Source of the DNA: Nemertoderma westbladi
Taxonomy: Eukaryota; Animalia; Xenacoelomorpha
Reading direction: 5' to 3'
DNA length: 64,000 nt
Assembly (NCBI GenBank): GCA_032718475.1
Contig: JAUCBJ010003212.1
Location: 47,944-111,943 of the forward strand
The notes under the pieces were generated by a model. It was not told the origin of the DNA, searched no databases, and saw nothing but the letters and a program-made list of their open reading frames with translations. Both the position numbers and the translations under genes were made by a program. This document shows, in pieces, positions 1 to 13,400 of the stretch (positions within the stretch are counted from its first letter, which is position 1; each line of letters begins with the position of its first letter).

Positions 1-88
1 GTGCCTCCACCGGCTGTCTGGCTGTGCGAGCACTTCCGCCGAACCCACCGCCACTGCGTCCTCCGAAGCCTCTTCCTCCTCTCGGCAT
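1..88 (-). CDS. Probable first coding exon of a host gene running off the left edge (Gly/Arg-rich N-terminus; possibly CHCHD2/10-like, unverified)
   Basis: Minus strand from ATG at 88-86 (context gaatATGccg) reads MPRGGRGFGGRSGGGFGGSARTARQPVEA with no stop to the window edge. GC-rich compared with its flank. Too short to identify. Confidence 0.45.
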   Translation of the reverse strand, partial: MPRGGRGFGGRSGGGFGGSARTARQPVEA

Positions 89-1012
89 ATTCTTATCTTC
101 AGATCTTGACAGTATTCAATACAGCAAAACTGTAATACAGTCAGACAGTACCGCAGTAATACTTCAGTACTTACTTCTGTACTTAATTTATAATTACAAC
201 AGGTATTTCTGTATTTGGCTAATACTGTAATGGGCTGTCGGTCGGTGAGTGTACAGGTGTACAGGAGGTACAGCAGTACAGTGGTAGGTGTTAGCTGTTA
301 GGGCAGAATGTCTATAGTTTCCAGATGGTAGCCTTGGTAGGTATCTCTGGTGTACCATATCGTCCCTTTCATTTTCAAACAACCTGAAACTATGACAAAA
401 ACTTGACAAAATAGACTTTTTCCTGTAAAACGGCATTTTTGATTCTAATTTTGTTTGAAAGTAATATTCCAGGATTTTGGTCTTATTTACTTTTAAATCC
501 ATTAAATGTAACGATTTTAAACAAAAACAGTTATGGTATTCGATTAATGTACCATATTAGGTGGGAAACAATGTATAGGGATATACTGTAGGTTGTTTAA
601 AAAAAATATTACATTTTTTACAATGATTACTCAAAAAGCATTAGGCCTAAGACACATTCGATTATTAAGTTTTAAAAATATAAAACAAATCTCCCTCTAT
701 CATAATAAATAACAATTCTACCTCTCGATTCGTTGTTGCCAATTTTATATCAACGTTTCCCGGGTTTACTCTATTTATAACAGTAAAATGTATTATATAG
801 GTTGTTTTTAAAAAAATTTATTTATCATGCGGTCTATGCAAAACTGGCATATAGGTGGTTTTAATGTAGGAGTATGGCCTTCTAAGTGAGTTAATCGGAT
901 TCAGAATACATTTTAACATAAAGAAATACAGCAATTTCCATTTCGGCAAAAATGGCATATAGGTGGTTTCAAAATGAATGGGACGATATGGTAATGGCAT
1001 CTATGTAATATT

Positions 1013-2947
1013 CAAGGGCGTAGGCAGGAATTTTTCAAGGGAGAAGTAACATACAAAAAAAATTTAACGAACTCATATTATATTAATAAGGGCAAATAAA
1101 TATAATTAAGAAATATGGACATTAAGAATAAATGTAGGCTATAAGTAAAAGCAAATAAACGTATAGAAATATGTATTAAAACGATACTTTCAGGACATCA
1201 CACATACATACTCAAAAATAAAACCTGTGTTTGCTCTCCCGCATTCCTCTCCCGGTATCTCAGAAGCTTCCCTTATAATTCCATTGAAACAAACAGATAG
1301 AGAGAGCCCGGAAAGTCCATACTGTCATGATGGAGTTTCAAAACAGAAACTACTGTAATTCAACAACTGCAACTAAGCTCTTAATGAGGTCTTGGTCAAC
1401 CTTTTGTAGGTTGACTGAGAGAGTACGTGTTACAGCCATATGTTTATTGAGAATACAGAGCGAAACAACAAACTCAGACTTTGTAATCGCTGACAGATAA
1501 TTGGATGCCTTCCCTCATAATTGATGAGCATTTATCTATCATCTCCAGAATATTCAGATATGTTTTATATTGCAAAGACGATATGTGGATGTGGATATAT
1601 TCCATAGAACACTTTAACAGCATCATGTCTCAGCACCCGACGTGTTTCGCGCATAGCTTTCAGATGCGTTGATCCAGCCATGCCCTTCCCAGCCTGCTTA
1701 ATAATTTTTGTTAGTTCGTTTGTCCGTTTAGGCGATATTCAAAAAAAAAGTAACGATACTCTTCATTATACCCATGGCATTACGAATGGGCTGGACATTA
1801 CAGCGTCACTTAATGATAAATTCAAGGTATGGGCCACACAGCGAATATATAAAGCATTAGGATGATACTCCCGAATGATAGCCTGTACAGTACACCTATG
1901 AACTTCACAGTCATTGCCCCAGCACCATCATAGCCTTGACCAACAAGTTTATCTGTATTAATGCCAAGGTCTGCAATGATCGACTATATTTTTTCAGCGA
2001 ACCCTTTTCCAGTCAAGTCAGTTACAGCCGCAGACTTCACAAAATGTTCCTGGATTGGAGCTCCATTCGATTCAGGCTTGAAACGAATTATAACTGAAAG
2101 TTGTTCTTGGCGAATAATGTCACCTGTTTCATCGGCAAGGATTCTAAGGTATTATGCCTTATTTTTGTTTTTCTCATCTATAAAATCTTTGGATATTACA
2201 GCACCAATACACTCAATCAAATATGATTGGCTTCTGGGCGATATGTAAGTAGACTTAAGGTGGGTCTGGGTCTCCAAGATCGTGTCACCGCTCAAGGTCT
2301 TGAACTGTAACAGGGCCCGAAGATTACCTTCATTGTAATTTATTTCAGAGTATTTGTTGCTTAGTTCGTTCAAGCCTTCCATGGTCTCTGTCTCCCCTAA
2401 ATGCCAACCCATTTTTTCCTGTGGCCCCTAAATGCCAACCCATTTTTTCCTAGAAACGGCAAAGACTCCACTATACTTTTCAGTATCGCCCGGTTTTTTC
2501 GAATCTGCCCCTGTGCTGCACTGTCCCATAAATTTTGCATTTCCTTATGGGGATTGTCCAATATCCGGACAAATTCTTCAGCTGCAAGTGACGATTCTTT
2601 ATGGTACTGTAACTGCAGGTGTTGCTTCACAGAGTCCATTTGAGCAAATCGAATAAATGGGGTTTGGGCAAAGTGGCAACAGAGAGAACGCAGTACTTGC
2701 AGAATATTCCCCCTTCCTTCACAGAATAATCAAGCCCATTGTACAGATGTTCCGGCTTTAAACGGTAGGTGACTTCTATTGAAACCCATTTAGTTCAGCC
2801 AACAGCGGATATATGAATCAAAATTTTAAAATCTCAGATGTCAGGATCTCAATGATATATTTCATTGATGAATATATACCGGTACAGTATATGTTAAATT
2901 TGTATAGGGGTGGTAAATCCACTTACCATCCCTTCTGTACGCCCTTG
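1013..2947 (-). mobile_element. Degenerate hAT DNA transposon (ZMYM1/DUF4371-type transposase relic)
   Basis: TIR CAAGGGCGTA at 1013 and TACGCCCTTG ending 2947. Decayed 8-bp TSD gtaatatt/ctaatact. Broken minus ORFs 2397-2639 (LAFRGHR) and 2152-2412 (NEGNLRALL...TYISPRSQSYLIECIG) are DUF4371-type motifs. Confidence 0.85.
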
Positions 2948-4282
2948 CTAATACTTATTACCATTACTATTAAATAATTACTATTACCTTTGAAATGGAG
3001 GTGCTGTTTCTCCAGTCTAAGAAACTTTGGGCTTCTTAATTAGGCCGTATTTATTTGTGGGAATGTGGGATGACCCTGCCCCAATCTCAGATGGGTGGAT
3101 CTGTCTGTAAGAGCTAGTCTGATTTTCGACAAGCCTTCGAGCAGCACAAAATTTTACAATTGAATAAGACCATTTCCAAAAAGGCATTCACTTTACAGAT
3201 ATGAATAAAATTGCTAAAATAGTTTTTTGATATATTTTTAGCAAGGATGAAAATTTTTTTGAATTTTATTCTTTTTTTAACAAAGTTATTTTTGAACAAA
3301 GAAAAATGGTATTATCTGAAATAGTAAACACATATATCTCAGAATGACCTTTTTCATGATAAAATGGTATTTCTCCGCGAATTTTAACTGAAATGAGTTG
3401 AAATTTGGTACACTTGCTCAGAATACTTTTGTCCATAAATCCTCTCAACAAATTTTGCCTCAATCTGGCCTCAATCTCTGGAGCCTTTTTAGATCAAAAA
3501 GGCTTAAAAATAGCCCTTTTTGGGCATTTTTGTTCTAAAAAAGTTCCAGAGCATATTAATCAAAATTTGTTCAGAAGAATTGGATGTAGGGGTCTTCTGA
3601 ACTTATATTACAAATTTCGGGAAATTTCAACAAATCTTGGAGAAGAAATAACTTTTGGCGCAAAAAGGCACTTTTGACCATTACAGTGCCAATTTTGGGC
3701 TAATTTTAAAATATTTGGTTTGGCTATTCTTAAACAACCCATACGATGTTTAGTAGCACAACAAATACTTTTCACCCAATTTTAAGTTCCAGAAACACAA
3801 AATTGTGAGGTTCCATTTGGGGGTGCTAGCTCCCCCCATAAATTTGATTATCACGCTTTTATCCGCCCTTGTAAATTCCTTCACGTTGCCATAAATGTTG
3901 AGCAACTTTTACGGCAACTTTTTTTTTTACATACACATCGTGTTTACACAGAGCAACTTGATTCAAAAATCAAAAGGTCAATAAAAAAAGTCAATCAAAG
4001 TGTTGATACGTGTAATCCGTCCTTAAGCAAGATCAAAATCCATCTGGTCGTGATCCTATGCTTCCATTATGAACGAGTTTGTTGCCTCTTGCCTCCATAA
4101 TAGAAGGCCTCCATAACTTGCGGTCAGACAAACAACAGTTCACTTTAATGGATATCTTTGTGCAGAACGTTGCTGGTAGCAGTAGTAATGGATTCTTTAT
4201 GAACTCGTACGCTAGATCATCCTCAGGTTCAACCTTTAGATACCCCAAGTTATAATCATCAAAAACCTTCCTAGCTCTGCCA

Positions 4283-5958
4283 CCCACCATGAAGCCGCCA
4301 GCTTCTTTACAGGTTGCACTATCTACCCACAACGGAGACGCCAGCTTCTTTACAGGTTGCACTATCTACCCACCATGAAGCCACACCAGCTTCTTTACAG
4401 GTTGCGCTATCTACCCACCATGGAGCCACCAGCTTCTTTACAGGTTGCACTATCTACCCACCATGGAGCCACCAGCTTCTTTACAGGTTGCACTATCTAC
4501 CCACCATGAAGCCACACCAGCTTCTTTACAGGTTGCGCTATCTACCCACCATGGAGCCACCAGCTTCTTTACAGGTTGCACTATCTACCCACCATGGAGC
4601 CGCCAGCTTCTTTACAGGTTGCACTATCTACCCACCATGAAGCCACCAGCTTCTTTACAGGTTGCGCTATCTACCCACCATGGAGCCACCAGCTTCTTTA
4701 CAGGTTGCGCTATCTACCCACCATGGAGCCACCAGCTTCTTTACAGGTTGCACTATCTACCCACCATGGAGCCGCCAGCTTCTTTACAGGTTGCGCTATC
4801 TACCCACCATGGAGCCGCCAGCTTCTTTACAGGTTGCGCTATCTACCCACCATGAAGCCGCCAGCTTCTTTACAGGTTGCGCAATCTACCCACCATGAAG
4901 CCGCCAGCTTCTTTACAGGTTGCGCTATCTACCCACCATGGAGCCACCAGCTTCTTTACAGGTTGCGCTATCTACCCACCATGGAGCCGCCAGCTTCTTT
5001 ACAGGTTGCACTATCTACCCACCATGAAGCCACCAGCTTCTTTACAGGTTGCGCTATCTACCCACGATGGAGCCACCAGCTTCTTTACAGGTTGCGCTAT
5101 CTACCCACCATGGAGCCGCCAGCTTCTTTACAGGTTGCGCTATCTACACACCATGAAGCCACCAGCTTCTTTACAGGTTGCGCTATCTTCCCACCATGGA
5201 GCCACCAGCTTCTTTACAGGTTGCGCTATCTACCCACCATGGAGCCGCCAGCTTCTTTACAGGTTGCACTATCTACCCACCATGGAGCTACCAGCTTCTT
5301 ACAGGTTGCGCTATCTACCCACCATGAAGCCGCCAGCTTCTTTACAGGTTGCACTATCTACCCACCATGGAGCCGCCAGCTTCTTTACAGGTTGCGCTAT
5401 CTACCCACAATGGAGCCACCAGCTTCTTTACAGGTTGCGCTATCTCCCCACCATGGAGCCGCCAGCTTCTTTACAGGTTGCGCTATCTACCCACCATGGA
5501 GCCGCCAGCTTCTTTACAGGTTGCGCTATCTACCCACCATGGAGCTGCCAGCTTCTTTACAGGTTGCGCTATCTACCCACCATGAAGCCGCCAGCTTCTT
5601 TACAGGTTGCGCTATCTACCAACCATGGAGCCACCAGCTTCTTTACAGGTGCGCTATCTACCCACCATGGAGCCACCAGCTTCTTTACAGGTTGCGCTAT
5701 CCACCCACCATGGAGCCGCCAGCTTCTTTACAGGTTGCGCTATCTACCCACCATGGAGCCACCAGCTTCTTTACAGGTTGCGCTATCTACCCACCATGGA
5801 GCCACCAGCTTCTTTACAGGTTGCGCTATCTACCCACCATGGAGCCGCCAGCTTCTTTACAGGTTGCGCTATCTACCCACCATGAAGCCACCAGCTTGTT
5901 TACAGGTTGCGCTATCTACCCACCATGGAGCCGTCAGCTTCTTTACAGATTACGCTAT
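4283..5958. repeat. 43-bp tandem minisatellite, ~38 copies
   Basis: Unit TACCCACCATGGAGCCGCCAGCTTCTTTACAGGTTGCGCTATC repeated head-to-tail with few substitutions and no unique spacers. Confidence 0.97.
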
Positions 5959-7123
5959 CTCTTTCTTTATACTTATTTCTACAAATGTTATGGTTACAGT
6001 ATAGCACACTTGAAACCGGGGTATCAGGCAGCTAATACTACCTCAAAAATAAACTAGCGTAGCACCTAGTGCCTCAGCACCCAGTACTACCGTAGTACCT
6101 GGTGCCTCGGCACCCAGTACTACCATAGAATAAACCTCCTAGGCATCAGGCGCTACTGTAGTATTAAGCGCCTAGGCAATTGGTACTAACTAGCGGCAAC
6201 AGTCTAGCTGCCCTGCAAACAGTCAACGTAAAACTAACGTTAAAATTGTGTCTCAGTTTCGTTAAAATCTAACAATGACAAAACTAACAATAATCAAACG
6301 TTAATGACCGTTACAATTTTGTTGGAAATCAACAATTAGTAACTCAACTATAATCAAACGTTCAATTAGCGTTATAGTTTAGTTGAAAAATAACGCTTTC
6401 AAACTTCCTCTAATCAAACGTTATATTGCCGTTGATTTTCAGTTAGAAAACAACGTATCAAAATTTTAAATATTTCAACGATAGATGAACGTTACACTTA
6501 AGTTGGAAATTCACAGAAAACATGTCATGCACTCCTTAAATTGTGATTGGTTTAATAATTTTGGCGGGAACATCAGGATGTCAGTGTCAGGTACCCTATA
6601 TACACAGCAGTACAGTTTACTGAGCTGCAATGAAATACTGTTTGTGTACTGGTTTTGCGCTGATGGCCTAGCTTAGTTGTCAGTCAGGGAAGCCTACCGT
6701 AGTACCGGTACCAGTACTAGCAGTAAGCATAAATGCAGTAATGTTAGTTACCATTCTGGTACCGGTAATGTTTGTGACCTGAGTCAGATCAGAAGTAACC
6801 TACCGGTACCGCTGTACCGATACACCGGCACCATTACACCAGTAGCGCAGTACAGCAGTAGGCGAGAGGGCTACACAGCTAGCAGCTACGGCAGGCAGTT
6901 GGCCTTGCACTTCTGACTTCTGCACTTCCCGGACAGCCGGACCCAGTACCAGTACAGCAGTAAGCCTAAGCTACCGGCAGACCAGTACAGTTGCACGCTC
7001 ATACGGTTCAGCTCAGCGGTAGGCCTATGTCATGTCAGAGCTCAGACAGTCAGAGCCAGTATGCAGGTGAGGTATGGCAGTATGGAGTCCGAGTATGCAG
7101 TATGAGGTATGCCTGCACCGGTA

Positions 7124-7213
7124 GGGTAAGACGGGGTAAAATGGGACATGGGGTAAAATGGGACATGTCGGGGTAAAATGGGACATGGGGTCCCATTTTA
7201 CCCCGTCTTACCC
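7124..7213. mobile_element. Tc1/mariner-pogo-type MITE
   Basis: 24-bp TIRs GGGTAAGACGGGGTAAAATGGGAC / GTCCCATTTTACCCCGTCTTACCC flanked by TA on both sides. Confidence 0.75.
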
Positions 7214-7476
7214 TAGATATGCAGATAGGCCTGTCCTGTCTGCCTACGTAAGACAGTAAGACTGGGTAAAATGGGACATGGCGACATGGGGTACCGGTAG
7301 GCTACCAGTAAAATGGGGGGACAGCGGACAGGCATAATTTTGCTCATTTTTTTTTTAAAGGATAGCCTACTTTTAGCTAGGACAGAAGTAGTACCGGTAC
7401 TACGGCAGTAAGGTACAGTCAGCCAGATTAAGTTTTTGTCCAGCCAGATAAAATCACACTTTTTTCCAGCCAGTTC

Positions 7477-10400
7477 ATGGAAATACCAGCCAGATGCTGG
7501 TTTGGATTCGAGAGGATGAGGAAAAACGGTTTATCGGCGGATGATAGTTGGCCGCCCCTAATAGTGGAGATAATATACAAAGGTAGGTCATGGTAACTAT
7601 TACAATTTAAATACCTAAATACTAATTAAATTTATAATATTATTAAATTAAATACTAAATACTAATTAAAATAACTTTTACAATTCAAGTGATATTCATA
7701 AATTTATACGATACAATCCATTATTCAAGTGATATTCTTAAGTAATATTAACATTAACATTATGTAGGATGTAGGATATGTAATATAGCCTATTTCAGTA
7801 TTTAGCTGTATCCCTGTATCATTATCTTTAATCGGACCAGATGATTTACATTTTAGGAGCATTTAATGATGTGGAAGAACGTTGTGTTCGCGCCACTAAG
7901 TACGACACCGATAATGTACTGTCAGAAGTGGAAGAGGAAAGAGGAAGGGGAAAACGGAAAACTTGTCCACGCAACTTGTAAGCGGATTTAAATTTAATTT
8001 GTGTTTTCATTTTATTATTTATTTCGGAGGAGTAATACATTATAGGACTAGGACACTATAATGTTGTGATACATGCATTTATATTATCCATACAATCGTT
8101 GCTTCATTAGTATAGTGGCGAGTAAAGTCAAAGTGAAGTTCACTATAATATCACATGTTCAGTTAAAAAAATAATAAAAAAAGACCTGACATTAAAATGG
8201 TCTTGCTGTCTTTCTTACAGTACCGGTGTCCTTTACTGGTCCTACGAGACAGGGGGGGGGGGGGGGGGGGGACTGGACGCAGATTCGCCTCGGCGAATTC
8301 TTATCTCGCCTCAATGTTAAATTATCTATTTAGGGAAAGGAGCAGGTTACAGTAGCACGTTATTCTAACCAAAACAATAAACGAAAGTCAATAGAACAGG
8401 TTACAGTTTTATTTTTGAGAGTAATCAGCTGTTATTTGCATCCATTTTCCCCTGGAGAGGGATGAAATTTGATTGCGTCTAAAGTCCCCCCCTATCTGGG
8501 TCCTACTGGTCCTTTAAAGTATTATTAATAACATATTTCAGGGACTATCCGGGATACTCTGATCCTGACAATGATTGTTCCGTTACTAAGAGACCAAAAA
8601 CGGGTATAACGCCACCGGCAGCACCAGTATCTGTGGTTCTAAGTTTACCTGACTATCCCGTTAATCCTCCCAATTATGAGGGCTTTACGCACCCAACTAC
8701 AACAACAACCTACCCACTCCAGGTCGACACTCCAACTTTGAGTAATCCCAGTCAATCCCCACGCCCAACATCCGATATTGAGTTTGTGGGAAAAGAATCG
8801 AACAGTTCTCGACCAATAGGAATGCGGAGCGGAGAAACAGGTATATAATTTATGTACTATGTTCATTTTAGACCCTACCTACTGTCAAATTATTAACTGA
8901 TTCTTAACCCTTGGAAGGTTGGGCCGATTGAAATTGAAGGGCTTTTCTGGTGGTCGCTGATTTATGTCAGTTTCCATTCCATGTTTGATTAATTCAAATT
9001 AATTAATCCTCCCAATTATACCCATAAAGGTTTTACGCACCCAACTACAACAACAACCTACCCACTCCAAGTCGACACTCCAACTTTGAGTACCGGTAAT
9101 CCCAGTCAATCCCCACGCCCAACATCCGATATTGAGTTTGTGTTAAAAGAATCGAACCGTTCTCGACCAATAGGAATGCGGAGCGGAGAAACAGGTATAT
9201 AATTTATGTTAGGGGTGTGCCGGATATCCGGCCGGATTTTGAGAAAAAAATCCGGTTCCGACCGTTTTCAATTCGGATTTAAACATAAGCAAATACAATG
9301 AAACTCAATACAATTTCTTTCATAGTTTGTATAATATCATTGCTTGTGTGTCATTTCTCATTTTCCAACTTTTTACCCTAAAGCTTTATCTTCTGAGAAA
9401 GCCACCCTTTTTAATGGCAAAACCCCCGAAATAACCAGAATAATTCCCAATAATATTTCCCGTTGCTATTTGAAAATTTAAACCGAAATAGGTACAAATT
9501 ACAGATCCATGAATTTATGTATATATGTCTGTCTTAATATCCTTCTAATATCCTAATATTCGGCTAATATCCTTCTATATTTTTGACAGACAGATCTTTT
9601 CAAGCATGAAATTTGAAATTATTTAAGGACATTGACTGCATAATGCATATAATCATAATGTTCTAGCATGGGAGAGAAATACCTCAGCTCGTTTATCTGC
9701 GATGGAGAGGGAGCTTAGTTTCATGAGAGAAATTTTAGAAAAATACAAGTTGCAAAAACATGAACCAACTGGTCCGTCAACATTGCCTGTGCAATGTGTG
9801 GATGAGCTACGGAAATGGGAGAAGGCTCTAGAGAGGAGAAACTTATATAAAGCCACAGTTAGTACAGTAACTATTTTAACCTGTACACCTGACCTTTTTT
9901 AGCCACGGGAGAACCAGTACTCCTATATGGGAGTCCATATACTGGGCTCTAAGACGGTCATATGCTCATCAGACCCTATGCAAATTTGAAGGTATCTCAT
10001 TGGTCCCCTCAAGCTTGATACTTGAACAGAGCCGCCTCCGATTACCAGGATATTGCTTTCGCCGTCAGGAGCAGTCTGTGCTCAATCTGGGGCTTTGACT
10101 GTAGAGCAGACAGACGGGCAAATCCTGTCTGACAAGACTTAATAGTATGTTATGGTTCCCTGGCTTCGTGTCTCAGCCTACATAATATTATTCGGTACCT
10201 ACCCACAGCTTAGGTCTATATTACTGTAACATTAATTGAATAACTAAAAGTATGGGTCAAAAATGACCCGGTCAGGTGTTCCCGTTCGCAAAATTTTTGT
10301 TTCGAAATAAAAAAATAACGAATAAACCCCACACACTACTTTTTGGCACGTTTGTAGGCAATAAGGATATAAACAAAGTCATAGAAGCTCGGAGCCCCAG

Positions 10401-13400
10401 CCCCTATTACAAGTGGCGCAATCCGTGGAAACAAAGTCCTTCGGGTCACTTTTGACCCGGTCAGGTGTACTTGGGTTAAATGTTATATTTTAAATCATAG
10501 CGCTAATAAATTTATATGTTTACTTTCTTTTACCTTCTTCAGCCTTCTAGTTAGATTTATTAAACTGGCACGTTATTTTTATTTTTCAGATAGCAGAAAT
10601 ATCCGATAGAACGTATGCTACCGACGTGACTAAGGCCGCCACAAATATAGGAAACTCGTTATTATCCAATACTGTGGCCCAAAGATTTTCGAAGACTGGG
10701 CGTCGGAGCACCAAAGAATCCTTTGAGGATTCATGCCCACGTCTGTTGGCCTGTTTTAAACGTAAGAACATTTTACTTATAGGGCCTATAATATTATTAA
10801 TATTAAAAATATTTATAAGGCGCCCTATATACTGTGTTCTAGGCGCAAAATTGAAAAAGAAAGATATAACTGTATTTAATACAGTACAACACGTTGTGGG
10901 GCCTTCGTGCAGCAAAAATGCAAGCCATTTCAGCGAACAATTATCCTTATACTATGGCTAGTTATATATATTAATATTATTGGATATTGGCTTCCGACAC
11001 ACACACACACACACACATACGTACTAAACGTGTAAATTGCGGACAACCGCCTGAGATAGCCAAACTGGGGACATGCTCATATTTCAACAAAAATAACTTT
11101 TTTCGAAAGTTAATGTCATTTTTCATTTAATTTTATCACTCTTAACTTCCTCCAATAGTATCGATTTGTAGATTTCGTTTTTATTCGATCTCGCCCCAGT
11201 AATGCAAAACGGGGACACATCTCTGACGTCACACAGCGTTTCACTGTCAACCACTTTTCTCCAACCAAATGGGGACATATTATTGTCACTCCGGTCTCCA
11301 TCAAAATATTATGTTCCATTTTTATACAACAAGTGTTTATACTTTCGGATTGCACCTCCCACCTACTACTCGGGGAATGAATCGCTAACTTTTCTAAATA
11401 AACCAAATTTGAATTTGTGTGGCTATAAAAGGGCCTGTTGGTCCATTGATACCAATGAATTTCATAGTTTATACGAATCAGGGGATTGTGACCATCATAT
11501 TGGATATATTCAATATTTTTGTATCAGGCCTTCTGGCAGCCAAACACTGATTTTTAGGTGTACCCCGTTATCGCGCTTTAAGTATTTTTTTGACGGATTC
11601 GGATTATCTATCTAACCTAACTATTAATCTTGAATTAAGTTAGAAATAAATTAGACTCCTTTCCTAGGAAACTACAAATAATACAATAGGCCTATGTGTG
11701 AATACTGAATACTTTAATTAATATATCAATATAAAACCGCTGTTCCCCAAATGGCAATTGATAACACAGGTATTTTAATACCTATGTATTTGTTTTAATA
11801 CCTTTAAAACTTAATTTTTGTTGCTTAGAATTATGTAGTTGGGCCTGTTATCCATCGTATAATGGGTCATTGCAAGCACATTGTTTCAACGTCATCTATT
11901 GCAGGAGCAGCGCATTGTATTTAGGCATATTTACTGTACAGCATTGTATCCACTGTGTAGGCCTACAGTACGAGTCCAAGATACCCAACTTACCCATCCC
12001 AAACTGGGGACTTTTAATTGGCCTTTTCCAGGTGCATGAGACAATGTTCCCATGGAAACACAATCTGCGTGTTAAGCTTTGTTAGGTTTTTAACGTAGAA
12101 GTGGGGACAGCAGGGGAAATGGGATGGCAGCATCCGTGCGATTTCTTGGAAAATGAGAATATTAGTTTTGTGCATTTGTAAGTTCGTTATTAATCATATA
12201 ATAGGGGACAGACACGTCTGTGCCTTATTATTGCCGGTAAGAGAGAGCTTGTGTTCTCCGCGAGTTTTAATTAAATATTTTCAGTGAAATATTTGTTTTA
12301 CCAATTTGTTTCTATTGACTGTATTTCATCGCTGAACCTGTTCTAATCATCGAAAACAATGTCGAAGCGGAGAAAGAAGCCATTGGAAATAAATTTAAAG
12401 GTATGTTTCATCAAGTACTGTAACAGTTCCGGTACCATTTTAGCCTGTATCATGTCGTAGTGAATTGAATAGAATAAACAAATGTTCGCTTTATTTTCCG
12501 TACCTTTCAGTAAAAATATCAAGCGAGTTAATGTAATAGAACGATGCCTTTCGTGGCATAAGGTTTTCGGTAAAAAGGAAAGATAAAACCTACTATTAAT
12601 TAGTCTTACTTACTATAAAGTACTGACTTTTTTAGTTATACATCATACTATTTATACTATATTTATAAATAAAGTCTTACTTACCGGTACCTACTATATG
12701 GACTCTATGTTTGAACGAGGTTGTTATTTATCTGTCCATGCGCTTTTGTGGTACCTGTAACGGACACACGGACAAGTGTGGTGAACAGAGAGATTCGATT
12801 AAATTAATGTTTTTCAGTACGCCTACCTTTTTATTGGGTACCGAATTTTGAGAACCCTTTCCTTTTCTATAATTTATAGTCTAATATATTTTATCATTGT
12901 ATTAAAATTACCAGGTTGGAGATTGCCATTTAATGAAATGGAATGATGCGAAATCTTACCAGGGGACTATACTCGAATATCCTTATGCAGACGGAAAAGG
13001 TTAGATTATGAAAACAATAAAATACAGTAGCCTATTTAGCTGAGCAACTTTCTAAATCATAAACTATTGGTAGATATTATTCGAGGTGTCAGAGGGAGGG
13101 GGGTGTCTTCGAAATCCGAACATCCTCGGACAGGGGGTGGGTGGGGAGTTGGCTAAATTGGGACGTCCGATTTTTCGATTTTTTAGGATTTATAGTTTTA
13201 ACATAATAAAGTTCACAATACTATACAGTTGGAGTCTGGAATACATAATTCGATTAGTTTGTTAACATAAGGTATTAAGTTGAGGCATATCTTCATTGTT
13301 TTACATTTGTGGTTACTGTGGTTTTTTTCAGATTTCGCACTAACAGCATTATCGCAATTTGAAAAAAGTTAGGTGGAACCTTGTCTCAATTTTAGCATTA

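Noticed and set aside
4283-5958. CRISPR array, or genuine 375-493-aa proteins
   Set aside because: Units are contiguous with no unique spacers. The ORFs cycle through all three frames of a 43-bp unit and are repeat artefacts.
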